Shown here: positions 17,827-26,946 of the stretch, in pieces
Layout of the letters: the number at the start of each line of letters is the position of its first letter
Numbering within the stretch: position 1 is the first letter of the stretch
Virus record (IMG/VR): IMGVR_UViG_3300020446_000005
Length of the DNA: 64,000 nucleotides
Reading direction: 5' to 3' (one strand)
From: an uncultured virus (IMG/VR IMGVR_UViG_3300020446_000005)
Lineage: Duplodnaviria; Heunggongvirae; Uroviricota; Caudoviricetes
Translations under genes and position numbers: made by a program
The notes under the pieces: generated by a model
What the model saw: only the letters and a program-made list of their open reading frames with translations
What the model was told of the DNA's origin: nothing
Databases searched by the model: none

Positions 17827-17891
17827 TTGTTTTAGTGTAAATAAAAGTGTACAAAGATCAGTTTTATGACTAATTGATCAGGTCAAGAGGT

Positions 17892-18470
17892 TTACCCCCA
17901 TTGATCAGCCATAGCATCTGCTATGCCTTGAAAGGTTGTTGATCTTATCTTCCATCTATCTTTTGATGGAGGTAACCAATGTAGTCTCTGTCTTTCCTTA
18001 TCGGGTAGCCCTGAGACATCGATGTATCTAGTTCCCTTTAGTTTAGGTAATCCCTTCAACCAAAAGCCTGTCTTCTTTTGTTCTGGATGTCCAAATTCAA
18101 AAGGTTGAACATATTGTGTGGCTTTACCTAATTTTGATCTACTAGATAATGCTCCTACAGGATTCTCAATACAAATCTTTGGACAATCTGCATCCCATAT
18201 ATTCTCAACAAATTTGATAGCAGCAGGCTGTCTACCATCGGCTACTTTTTCAGCCCATCTACTAGCCCCTGATACACTTAGATGAGTGCAAGGAGGATGA
18301 GCAATAATTAGATCCCATCCATTATTAATAATTTTTAGGACATCTCCTTGAATATGTTTATCACTTGGTTGATCTGTAGGTAATAAATCACATGACCATG
18401 CATCATGGCCTTTAGCATTAAATGCTTCTCGCACTATGCCCGAATATTCGCAGGCTACTAATACTTTCAT
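17892..18470 (-). CDS. Small phage DNA cytosine methyltransferase-like protein
   Basis: VLVACEYSG, WSCDL, AHPPCT (PC motif IV), IENP (motif VI), GIADAMADQW. Confidence 0.85.
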   Translation of the reverse strand: MKVLVACEYSGIVREAFNAKGHDAWSCDLLPTDQPSDKHIQGDVLKIINNGWDLIIAHPPCTHLSVSGASRWAEKVADGRQPAAIKFVENIWDADCPKICIENPVGALSSRSKLGKATQYVQPFEFGHPEQKKTGFWLKGLPKLKGTRYIDVSGLPDKERQRLHWLPPSKDRWKIRSTTFQGIADAMADQWG

Positions 18471-18472
18471 GG

Positions 18473-18667
18473 TTATGGCATCTCCTCTAATTGATTAGAT
18501 ACATAAACTTCTATAGCTTTTTTAGCCTCTTGTAAAGTGTCAAATGTTTCATGGGTAGATTCATTTTCATAAGCTAATTCAAATTGACCTACACCATTTG
18601 AACAGGAAACAATTTCCCATTTTTCAAATAAATTTTCTAAAATTTCTGTATTTACTGGGTGGCTCAT
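18473..18667 (-). CDS. Hypothetical protein
   Basis: MSHPVNTEILENLFE. Confidence 0.65.
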   Translation of the reverse strand: MSHPVNTEILENLFEKWEIVSCSNGVGQFELAYENESTHETFDTLQEAKKAIEVYVSNQLEEMP

Positions 18668-18894
18668 AATAGATCTCCTTTAATGATTTGATTAGGTTGC
18701 TGTAGCTCCTTTAGATCGGCTTTAGCTAGGTCATCTATAGCATCAAATGTGTTATTCCATTCATGCCTATTGAAACGGTTTAAACTAGTATTACTGCGAA
18801 GGTTATACCATTTTTTAGAAAAGTCTCTTCTAGCTTCGCTTGTTGTTTTAAATTGTCCTGTAAAATTTGGACTCATTTTGTAGTCATAAAACAT
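18664..18894 (-). CDS. Hypothetical protein
   Basis: Coupled ORF. Confidence 0.6.
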   Translation of the reverse strand: MFYDYKMSPNFTGQFKTTSEARRDFSKKWYNLRSNTSLNRFNRHEWNNTFDAIDDLAKADLKELQQPNQIIKGDLL

Positions 18895-19104
18895 TTAAAT
18901 TCCCTCCTCTGTAAGTATGTCTAATGCTCTTTGAGCTTTAACAATTTGGTCTAATTCGCATTGAGTTTCTTGTCTTAAAACAAAATCAACTTCAATACTT
19001 GAATTACCTTTTTTTACCTCTGATAAACCTTTTAATGCTCCTTTTAATAAGCGTTTTCTATCAGATAATAAACTTTGAAGATAAGTTTCTATTTGTTTAT
19101 CCAT
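18895..19104 (-). CDS. Hypothetical protein
   Basis: Coupled ORF, AGGAG upstream. Confidence 0.65.
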   Translation of the reverse strand: MDKQIETYLQSLLSDRKRLLKGALKGLSEVKKGNSSIEVDFVLRQETQCELDQIVKAQRALDILTEEGI

Positions 19105-19258
19105 TTTTGTTATGCTCCTGTATTGCTACTGTAAGGTGTGCTTCAAATTGTCCTAAACTAATACGACCATTTTGGTATGCGGTCATAACTTTGAACCCTA
19201 CAAGGTTGTACATCTGGGTGTACGTCAATTTATTTCTAGAAATATATCTAGTTTTCAT
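19097..19258 (-). CDS. Small hypothetical protein (53 aa, not in ORF track)
   Basis: MKTRYISRNKLTY...; AGGAG SD; directly after a promoter. Confidence 0.6.
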   Translation of the reverse strand: MKTRYISRNKLTYTQMYNLVGFKVMTAYQNGRISLGQFEAHLTVAIQEHNKNG

Positions 19259-19315
19259 TTTTAGTAATCTCCTAATAAGTGAGTGTGTTAGTAAGGTGGT
19301 GAACCTTTGAAAATT

Positions 19316-19345
19316 AGCCTATACCCAAACAGTTGCCCCTGTCAA
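19316..19345 (-). promoter_or_regulatory. sigma70-like early promoter TTGACA-N18-TAGGCT
   Basis: Perfect -35 and TAnnnT -10 in intergenic DNA. Confidence 0.7.
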
Positions 19346-19388
19346 GCATCTAGGCCAAAAAGTTGCTTTAAGTTGTAAAAAATTTACG

Positions 19389-19404
19389 TGTATCATTTGA
19401 TACC
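19389..19404. promoter_or_regulatory. NtcA-like box GTA-N8-TAC
   Basis: TGTATCATTTGATACC, 15/16 identical to 15691-15706. Confidence 0.55.
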
Positions 19405-19476
19405 AGGCTGGGGCATGTTTATACATCAGAATAATGGGTGACTTTCTGATTAAAAATTTTATTTTGGGATTAGGCT

Positions 19477-19671
19477 TTAGCTTTTCCTATCCTCAATTTG
19501 AATAAGTTCTAACCTCTGTTCATAAATGGGTGTGTCCCTCCATTGTTTAGTTTTATTGAAAGAAATTTCAAAATTTTTAAACTCTGCAAAACTTTGAATA
19601 GTTCTATATAAACTGTCGAGGTCATCCCATCCAGCGGTGATAGTTACCCTAATTTTATTTAACTTAGTCAT
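19477..19671 (-). CDS. Hypothetical protein
   Basis: 64 aa ORF. Confidence 0.6.
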   Translation of the reverse strand: MTKLNKIRVTITAGWDDLDSLYRTIQSFAEFKNFEISFNKTKQWRDTPIYEQRLELIQIEDRKS

Positions 19672-20074
19672 AATCTAAACACTCGCATCCCATGCCATTG
19701 TGAAAGGCATTTATTAGGTCTAAGGTTTCCCCTTCTATCTCTTCGCTTGGGTCTTGACTCCATATAGTGTCTTTAAGCTTTTCTAATTCTTCTAAAGTTT
19801 CTACATTTTCATATAAAACATAATCGGTAGTGATCATGTAAGGACATCCATCCATTTTGTAGTCTAATTCTATAAATAGGGTGGGTATGTGGCATTTATA
19901 GCCAGTTCCCCCATAGTTGTAGACCTCTGTTTCAACATTGCTTACATGATCCTTAAGAGATCCATCAGCATTATATAAATGTTCCTTATTAAAATATCTT
20001 TGCAAGACAGTTTTAATATAAACATGAGGTGATGATGTTAAAAAACATTCCCCATAATCGGTTGTAGTAGTCAT
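19664..20074 (-). CDS. Hypothetical protein
   Basis: 136 aa ORF, YGGTGYKC. Confidence 0.7.
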   Translation of the reverse strand: MTTTTDYGECFLTSSPHVYIKTVLQRYFNKEHLYNADGSLKDHVSNVETEVYNYGGTGYKCHIPTLFIELDYKMDGCPYMITTDYVLYENVETLEELEKLKDTIWSQDPSEEIEGETLDLINAFHNGMGCECLDYD

Positions 20075-20173
20075 AAATAAATTGACCTATAAGTGAATAA
20101 TGAAAGGTATATAAACCCTTCAGTATGCCCACATATAGAAGGCATAAGGAAAGATTTTAAGACAATAAATTTT

Positions 20174-20389
20174 TTAAAATTTTGATTCTTTTTTGATAAA
20201 TTTAATTTGACTTTTAATTTCTTTAGTAATTTTTAAAATTGATTTATCGATATCTACATCACCACTAGGTAGAAATTCATTATCAATTATTGGAAGTATT
20301 CCCACTAAATTGCATAAATCAGTATAAACCTTTTCTAGTTCCTCTAAGTGCCTGTAAGCCTTAGAGTGGTAAGGATCATTAGTAAACAT
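20174..20389 (-). CDS. Hypothetical protein
   Basis: 71 aa ORF between two hairpin spacers. Confidence 0.6.
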   Translation of the reverse strand: MFTNDPYHSKAYRHLEELEKVYTDLCNLVGILPIIDNEFLPSGDVDIDKSILKITKEIKSQIKFIKKESKF

Positions 20390-20490
20390 GATAATAAAAT
20401 AAATTGAACATGAGATAGCTTTAAAAGCCTCTCAAAATGCCTTAAATACTAGTAAAGGTATAAAGGCATTAAGCGAGGTTTATTAAAGAC

Positions 20491-21375
20491 TTAAGAGCAT
20501 GTATTTATGCAAAATTTTTCTACCGCTTTAATATCTTGATTCTTAGTTCTTTTATGCTTTAAACCTATTATTCTTGTTTTATCACTAGGATCGGAAACTC
20601 GCCAATCAGTTAAGTCACCATCTAAAACTTCTAAGGTTATACCCTTATAAGTAAATGTTTTTGGCAATGGCTCATTATGAGCTAATTTGAAACTACATGC
20701 ATAATTTAAACCTAAATCAAGAGCTACGCTAAATAGATCAGCTTTAGAACCATGACTTAAACTTAAATGATAGTTTAGCTTTTTAGCTAGTTGTAGGTCA
20801 TCGGATGTAATGGGGCGTTTGGTATAGTCATACATTTTAAGTTTTATTCCTACTGATTGATTTAATAAAACATCAAAACTATGCATTAAAGCCTCGATAA
20901 TAGAACCGTATCTAATAGGCTCTATATAGACATTAAAAGCTTTTAACAAATAATCAGTATCAACTTGTTTAAGTGTGATAGGCATTCTTAATATATGCCA
21001 ATCTGAAGTCCCATTAAATCTAAAACCTATATCATCGTAGGCTCTATGTTTTGAGTAATGACGTATAACTTCAGCAATGCAGAATCTCATAAATAAAGAG
21101 TAATCTGATAAAAAAGCATTATGTCTACGTTTACGACATTCCATAATTTTGGGAGAAAATATACTCCGCCCAGATTGTATTAAGCAAACATCCCTACAGG
21201 TATCAGCAAATGGGCATGCTTTCTCATCATTAAACATATATAAAACCGCTGTTGGGGCTTCGCTTTCTTTTAAATTCTTAAGTACTTTAGGACTAGTTAA
21301 AGTTAAAAAATTTGTTGAATCTAAGTTGTATTTTTGACTAAAATTTTTGTAGTCAAGTGGTTTTTTAATAGACAT
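20491..21375 (-). CDS. Gp88-like / radical-SAM-like Fe-S protein
   Basis: CPFADTCRDVC (CX5CX3C), RFNGTSD, YDYTK, DGDLTDWR, IIGLK. Confidence 0.75.
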   Translation of the reverse strand: MSIKKPLDYKNFSQKYNLDSTNFLTLTSPKVLKNLKESEAPTAVLYMFNDEKACPFADTCRDVCLIQSGRSIFSPKIMECRKRRHNAFLSDYSLFMRFCIAEVIRHYSKHRAYDDIGFRFNGTSDWHILRMPITLKQVDTDYLLKAFNVYIEPIRYGSIIEALMHSFDVLLNQSVGIKLKMYDYTKRPITSDDLQLAKKLNYHLSLSHGSKADLFSVALDLGLNYACSFKLAHNEPLPKTFTYKGITLEVLDGDLTDWRVSDPSDKTRIIGLKHKRTKNQDIKAVEKFCINTCS

Positions 21376-22045
21376 AAATTCCTCTAATAAATAGGATTAA
21401 TTGAGTTCTAAAAACTCTATACAAATATATTAGCAAACTTATATAAGTTTTAATCAACTTATTAATCTATATAGAAAATTGAAATAAAGAATTAAAAAAG
21501 TTTTCAACAGCTTTTGCCATTACTTATTTTATGGCCGTCCCTCGGTCTTTAATCTCAAATAAATAGTCAATTATGAGGCAAAAATAGGGCAAAAAGTACA
21601 ATATTTTGTATAAAATCGGGGCAAAAAGTTACAAAAACCAGGAAAATGATACAATTTGTTGTACTCTGTAACAAAATAGCCTGTGGAAAACTAATTGTTA
21701 CTGTGTCCACCGAACTGTCTCTAAGACAGTACCGCAAAATCCTGTAACATTTATCACATTCGTGTAATATTTTTACAATTGGTTTAATATTTGCTTAATA
21801 TTCTCAATAAAAGAGTGGTTTTTCTACACGATTTGTAATATTTTCGGCTTAATTCTGTCATAATGCGTCACAAACTGTAACAATGCACCATATATTCTTT
21901 TTTTTTGTTTCAGCCCTGTAATATTTGTAGGCTTCGCCTGATGTCTCAAGATTTTTTTTCCCAAAATTGACCCTTTTTAAGGCTTTTTAGGGGGCGAAGT
22001 ATAGAGAACTTAAAATTATGTCTATAGATCTATAAAAGTTATAAA
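21376..22045. other. Large non-coding divergence region; candidate origin, terminus or packaging region
   Basis: No ORF; genes diverge; DnaA-box-like nonamers, repeated TGTAA(T/C)A, palindrome ACTGTCT-CTA-AGACAGT. Confidence 0.55.
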
Positions 22046-23338
22046 ATGCCTGTTTCTCCACGAGACTTCGAGCTATATTCCCGTATGACTGGTGCTCCAA
22101 TGCCTATGGATGCCTCACAACGCATGCAAATGGCTCCTGCAGTGTACGATTTTACGAAAAATTTTGCAAGAAAACCAAATATTTTAGAAAAAACAGGTAA
22201 TTTAGTAAAAAATATTGGTAAAACCATTGGAACTGGTATGGCAGTTGCAGCTGCAGCCCCAGCCTATGCCGAACAACAACAAACTACGGCCGATAGTTAC
22301 AATCAAGACAGAGTAGAGAACCAAACTGCATCAAATACAATACTAAGAAGTGGAACTCAACAAGTAGATCTAGAAAATAATAAAACTATTGCTGAAGACA
22401 TACAAGAAGATCAAAATTTAAGTCCAGAGATTGTAGTAAGTAATCCTACTACAAAAGAAGAAGAGCTTTCTGCTAAATTAAAAGACGATGAAACGACTGC
22501 CGGACTTGCAAGAATAGGTGGTCCTGCAAATATTTCTGATAAAGTTCAAGAATTTTTAAAGCAAGATAAATTAAACCCAGTTTTACTAGCTGCAATGCAA
22601 AATAGGGGTCAAGAAGAAGAATTAATTGCTACTGATTTCCCTATTGCATCACAATTATCTGATAACCCACAAATACCTGGCGGAGAGGATACTAGAGCTT
22701 TATCTCGTGAGTTTGTAAAAGAAACAGAGCCAATAGACAGTGGTATTCCTACAAATGTAGATCCTTCTACACTTACACCTGAAGTTAGAAATGTTTTAAG
22801 TACTCTTGCTAAAGGAGCTGCAACAATTCCTCTTGAAAAGCAAATAAGAATTGCTCAAGACATTGTGGACAAAAGAAGTCCTAATGAAGTGTTTGGATTT
22901 GCTAGTAAAGATGCTGATACTTTAAAAGCATTACAAGGAGGAGCAGGGATACCTCAACAGGAAAGAGAGGCAGCAAGAAACAGACTTATAAATAAAGCAG
23001 CCCAAAAACGTGCGGACTTAGGGATAGATGCTCCAAGTACAATGAAGAAAGTAAAAGATCTTCAATCTCGAATTATGCCTAGTAAACCAAGTTCTTTTGT
23101 TGAATCTATGTCTTTAGATACATCACCAAATAAAGTTCCTACAGCTACTTTTAATCTTTATAAGAAGGATGGAGGGACAAAACCTTTTTCTATGGAATTA
23201 AGTTCTCCAATGGCTGTATCTTTAAATGAAATGGTTGAAGATGAGTCTCTACAAGAGGAATCTTTTGGGAAATTATTTAATCTTGCTAAAAAGTCCATAA
23301 AAGACAAAACAGGAATGGCTTTTGGTATAGATCAATAA
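22046..23338 (+). CDS. Putative internal virion protein with C-terminal KTSC-like domain
   Basis: Disordered middle; SSFVESMSLD...SFGKLFN. Confidence 0.65.
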   Translation: MPVSPRDFELYSRMTGAPMPMDASQRMQMAPAVYDFTKNFARKPNILEKTGNLVKNIGKTIGTGMAVAAAAPAYAEQQQTTADSYNQDRVENQTASNTILRSGTQQVDLENNKTIAEDIQEDQNLSPEIVVSNPTTKEEELSAKLKDDETTAGLARIGGPANISDKVQEFLKQDKLNPVLLAAMQNRGQEEELIATDFPIASQLSDNPQIPGGEDTRALSREFVKETEPIDSGIPTNVDPSTLTPEVRNVLSTLAKGAATIPLEKQIRIAQDIVDKRSPNEVFGFASKDADTLKALQGGAGIPQQEREAARNRLINKAAQKRADLGIDAPSTMKKVKDLQSRIMPSKPSSFVESMSLDTSPNKVPTATFNLYKKDGGTKPFSMELSSPMAVSLNEMVEDESLQEESFGKLFNLAKKSIKDKTGMAFGIDQ

Positions 23339-23373
23339 ACCTTTGCTAAATTTAAAGTACTAACAACAAAATC

Positions 23374-23562
23374 ATGACTAAATTTTTATTACCAATCGCA
23401 ATTAATGTAATAAACAAAGCGGTTGACAAAATTCCAGAAGATCTTGATGAAATCTTAAAGAAATTTGTGGTTTCTCTTTTAAAAAAAGCAGCAGCCAAGA
23501 CTGGTAACAATGTAGATGACTTACTAGTTGCACAGCTAGAAAAAGCATTATTTGAAAAGTAA
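23374..23562 (+). CDS. Small amphipathic phage protein
   Basis: TGNNVDDLLVAQLEKAL. Confidence 0.75.
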   Translation: MTKFLLPIAINVINKAVDKIPEDLDEILKKFVVSLLKKAAAKTGNNVDDLLVAQLEKALFEK

Positions 23563-23564
23563 TT

Positions 23565-24035
23565 ATGGTTCAATTTGGAAACCTAAAAAGAAATTTAAAA
23601 ACTCCAGCTGATAAGGTTACCTTTCAGGGAAAGAATCCTGCAAATAAAACTACTGGTCCTAATACGGCAGGTAACTTACAAGATCCTTGGAGAGGGACAC
23701 TTGATAATAATCCTTTGAATGATGACTTTTATCAGAGTTCTTATACATTTGGTAATCAGGCTCCTGAAGTTCAACAAAGACTTGAAGGTTTGCAATTTGA
23801 ATATGGGAATGCTTTTGAAGAAGGAAATAATGAATTTGCTCAAAATTTTTTAAATAAATATACCTCTGCACTAGGGGGATCTGATAGTGCAGAGAATAAA
23901 GGTTTGATTGAGCAGGATAGAATAGTAAGACCAGAGAACTTAGCTCAATTAGCTGCACAACCAGCAACTGGTGGTAATGCTATTCAAGATTCAAACGTAG
24001 CTGGTAAATTCCCAAGTCAGGAGGTAAACGTGTAA
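23565..24035 (+). CDS. Hypothetical virion protein with FL motif
   Basis: AQNFLNKY. Confidence 0.7.
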   Translation: MVQFGNLKRNLKTPADKVTFQGKNPANKTTGPNTAGNLQDPWRGTLDNNPLNDDFYQSSYTFGNQAPEVQQRLEGLQFEYGNAFEEGNNEFAQNFLNKYTSALGGSDSAENKGLIEQDRIVRPENLAQLAAQPATGGNAIQDSNVAGKFPSQEVNV

Positions 24036-24577
24036 TGGGTGCTGTAACAAGAGGTTTGTTAAGAACTGCAGGAACTGCTTTAGGTGGATATTTAGATGAA
24101 GCTTTAAAACTTGGAGGAACTGTAGGTCAAGAGGCAGCATCAGCTGTTTTAAGAGCAGGTAAATCTAAATTTGCCCCAGACTTGGTTGGTGCAACAGGTA
24201 AAGCGGTTCCAAGATTATTAAGAGAAGGTCCAAAGCAAGCAATTCCTACAGCTGGTAGGTTAATAGGAACAGGAGCAACTCTTGGTGGTTTATTTGCTTT
24301 AGGAAATATTGCTGATCAACAATCAGAACATACACAGCCAATGAGTCGGGGTATGGATAATTTTACGCAAAGTCAATTATTACAAAATCAAAAATTTATG
24401 CATGACATGGCTTTGATACAAGCTAGACAAGAATCTAGAATACCTGGTGTTCAATATGGTGGTTCTTTAGCGGATGCTGCTAAAGCAGAACAACTTATGA
24501 CTGATGCTGGAGAAATAACAAATAGAGAAGTACAAGGTATTGCCAGAATGATTTACGGTACAGGTCTACGTGCATAG
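24035..24577 (+). CDS. Gly/Ala-rich ejection-like protein
   Basis: LIGTGATLGGLFALG hydrophobic segment plus Gln-rich coil. Confidence 0.65.
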   Translation: MGAVTRGLLRTAGTALGGYLDEALKLGGTVGQEAASAVLRAGKSKFAPDLVGATGKAVPRLLREGPKQAIPTAGRLIGTGATLGGLFALGNIADQQSEHTQPMSRGMDNFTQSQLLQNQKFMHDMALIQARQESRIPGVQYGGSLADAAKAEQLMTDAGEITNREVQGIARMIYGTGLRA

Positions 24578-24607
24578 AATTTATAATAATAAAAAATAGT
24601 GAAATAA

Positions 24608-25138
24608 ATGAGCTTTGCAGGTTTAATGAGAGGTGACAGAGATTTTTTAAAAGATCCTGTAAATTTCAAAGATAGTTATGTTCGTGGATTGAAAGATGCT
24701 TTTGATAAAAGAAAAGATACATCAAGTGAGATAGAATCTGATGAAATTTATGCAACAGAAAACAAAGCTTTTAACGATAAATTTAAAAGAGATAATTCAA
24801 AAGGATTTTTAGATAGTGCTATTTCAGGAGGATTAGATTATTTTAAGAAAAGTCAAGAAAAATCTGATACTGATAAAATAATTGATTTTGCAAAATCACA
24901 ACAAGGAAAAGCTCAGTTTGGAGACAATACAAGCGGTTTCTCTTCTGAAGTTGCAGATGGACTTAATATTTTCCAACCACCAAGTCCAAACCAAATGATG
25001 TTTATTCCAGGAAAGGAAGGAACAGGTAAAAGCTTTACTCAAAGATTAGCTGGTGGTGCTGCTGGTTTATTAAGTGGTCTTTCAACAGGGATTCCTCACG
25101 CAGGTGGTATTGGAGCTGTAGCTGGTTTCTTTGGATAA
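24608..25138 (+). CDS. Ejection-like protein with C-terminal glycine zipper
   Basis: RLAGGAAGLLSG...GGIGAVAGFFG. Confidence 0.65.
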   Translation: MSFAGLMRGDRDFLKDPVNFKDSYVRGLKDAFDKRKDTSSEIESDEIYATENKAFNDKFKRDNSKGFLDSAISGGLDYFKKSQEKSDTDKIIDFAKSQQGKAQFGDNTSGFSSEVADGLNIFQPPSPNQMMFIPGKEGTGKSFTQRLAGGAAGLLSGLSTGIPHAGGIGAVAGFFG

Positions 25139-25193
25139 TTTTCAATATTTGCATAATTTAGAATATCACTAACAAGAATTTATAAATAACAAA

Positions 25194-25979
25194 ATGATTG
25201 GAGCAGTACCTTTAGCTGGAAAACTTCTACCTTTTTTAGTAAAAGCAGGTAGTGCAAGTAAATTACCATTGTTATTGAGAGCATCTGGTGTTTTAGGTGG
25301 AGCAGCTCCAGGTTTACTGAGAGGAGACTTAGGGAGTGCTCTTACCGGAGGAGCTTTAGGTGGTTTAACTACTGCTGGTCTAGGAGGTGTAGCCAAAGGT
25401 GCTCAATTAGCAGGTGCAAAAGGAGTAATGAAAGGAATAGGACTTGCCGGTGGAGCTCCTTTACAGGTACAAGGTGCATTGACTAATTTAGCTAGGGTTG
25501 CTGCTCCTGTCGGTATAGGTCTTGCAGCAGGAAGTTTAGGAGGAGGAGTTGGACAAAGTGCAGCCGGTCGTGTTGGTAAAGGAGCTGCAAGTTTAGCAGG
25601 ATATGGAACAGTAGGAGGAGAAGGTATGGGCGGATCACCATTACCACCTGGCATGAATCAGTATGGAGGAGTACTTCCTTTAGGAGATCCATTAAGTGTC
25701 TTAAGTCCATTAGGTCTAGATGCAGGTAGAAGACTAAGAACTGTAAAAGATGCTGAGGCTTTGAGAGATGCAACAAATATTGTTCTCCCAACAGTTAGGA
25801 AGTTTTCAGAGCAAGCTAAGAGAGATGAGTTTGCAAGAAGTATGGCTGGTGCAGGTATTAGACAAAACATTGCAACTAATGCAGCTCTTACAGAAAATAT
25901 GCAGAGGGCTGGATTAAACTTAGGTATGACAGCTGCTCAGCAAGCAGGTGATGCTCTAACTCAGAGGTACAATTACTAA
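25194..25979 (+). CDS. Gly/Ala-rich DNA ejection/pilot-like protein
   Basis: Long GxxxG-rich hydrophobic N-half, helical C-half. Confidence 0.7.
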   Translation: MIGAVPLAGKLLPFLVKAGSASKLPLLLRASGVLGGAAPGLLRGDLGSALTGGALGGLTTAGLGGVAKGAQLAGAKGVMKGIGLAGGAPLQVQGALTNLARVAAPVGIGLAAGSLGGGVGQSAAGRVGKGAASLAGYGTVGGEGMGGSPLPPGMNQYGGVLPLGDPLSVLSPLGLDAGRRLRTVKDAEALRDATNIVLPTVRKFSEQAKRDEFARSMAGAGIRQNIATNAALTENMQRAGLNLGMTAAQQAGDALTQRYNY

Positions 25980-26909
25980 ATGTCACAAGAAAAACTTTCT
26001 GGAATTGATTTTGATACTGGAACAAGAGTAAACAGATTATTTGATCGTGAGACTCTTTTAGATTCAGTCAAAAAATCTAATCCTTTCGGTAAAATAAAAG
26101 ACCTTACTCAATTAGAAGAAGCTTTTGGAAGTTTGAATGAAATTCCAGAAGCTTTTAAACCTATACAGAATTTAGATATAAAAAAAGGAAGAATCTCTGG
26201 AGACAGGGCAGCTGTTCTTCAATTAAATCCAAATGTATCTTTTAAAGGTCTAGGTTCGGATGAAGAGATTAGACAAATAGAATACAGTGGTTTGGGAGGT
26301 AAAGATCCAAAATACGAAATAGTTAAGAAATCTGCTCCGTATGCTGGATTTCCAAGAAGCATTGCCGGAGCAATAGATCTTGTTACAGGTAATACATTTG
26401 GACTCGATTTAGATAGAAGAGGACAACTAGGTGATAAAAGAAGAATAGTTGATATAAGTGATGCTACAAATTATTTAGTAAGCCCTGCACAGGCAAAAAA
26501 AGTAGAGCAAGAATTAGAAAAAGCAGGATTTGAGGGAAAAACAAAAAGTCCTCTTGGAAACATAGATGAGATAACAGAAGCTGAACTTGCATATCAAGAG
26601 AAGATGAATCCAATTCTTCGACAAAGAAGAAGAGATGCAGCTGTAGATGCACAATTACAATACATAGCTACTGAACCAATTAGACAAGCATTTTTAAATA
26701 AAGCTGCAGAGCAGGCAGCACAAAGAGGATTAAGAGTTAGAGGAGCATTAGAAGCAATGCCTTCTAATATTCAAAACATCATGAGTGCTAAGCAGGGTCA
26801 AAGAGCTTTAGCATCTTCTGCTTTTGCTGAGGAAGCTAGAGCTTTAGCCACACAACAAGATGCTGCTACAAGATTTGCAGGTCAAGGACTTGGCCGTCGA
26901 TTTGGCTAA
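25980..26909 (+). CDS. Putative internal virion protein
   Basis: A/Q/R-rich helical C-terminus ending TRFAGQGLGRRFG. Confidence 0.65.
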   Translation: MSQEKLSGIDFDTGTRVNRLFDRETLLDSVKKSNPFGKIKDLTQLEEAFGSLNEIPEAFKPIQNLDIKKGRISGDRAAVLQLNPNVSFKGLGSDEEIRQIEYSGLGGKDPKYEIVKKSAPYAGFPRSIAGAIDLVTGNTFGLDLDRRGQLGDKRRIVDISDATNYLVSPAQAKKVEQELEKAGFEGKTKSPLGNIDEITEAELAYQEKMNPILRQRRRDAAVDAQLQYIATEPIRQAFLNKAAEQAAQRGLRVRGALEAMPSNIQNIMSAKQGQRALASSAFAEEARALATQQDAATRFAGQGLGRRFG

Positions 26910-26946
26910 ACTAAACTAAAAGAATCACAAAAGGTAAAAGATTACT

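Noticed and set aside
18999..19310. 103 aa hydrophobic plus-strand ORF
   Set aside because: Opposite two minus-strand genes that have SD sequences and a promoter
21763..21777. TGTAATATTTTTACA as an NtcA box
   Set aside because: Spacing is GTA-N7-TAC, not N8; kept only as part of the divergence-region repeats
25169..25870. Several minus-strand ORFs opposite the Gly/Ala-rich gene (similarly 3168, 14659, 31995, 41374, 43022, 58874)
   Set aside because: Antisense shadows of biased codon usage; no independent signals
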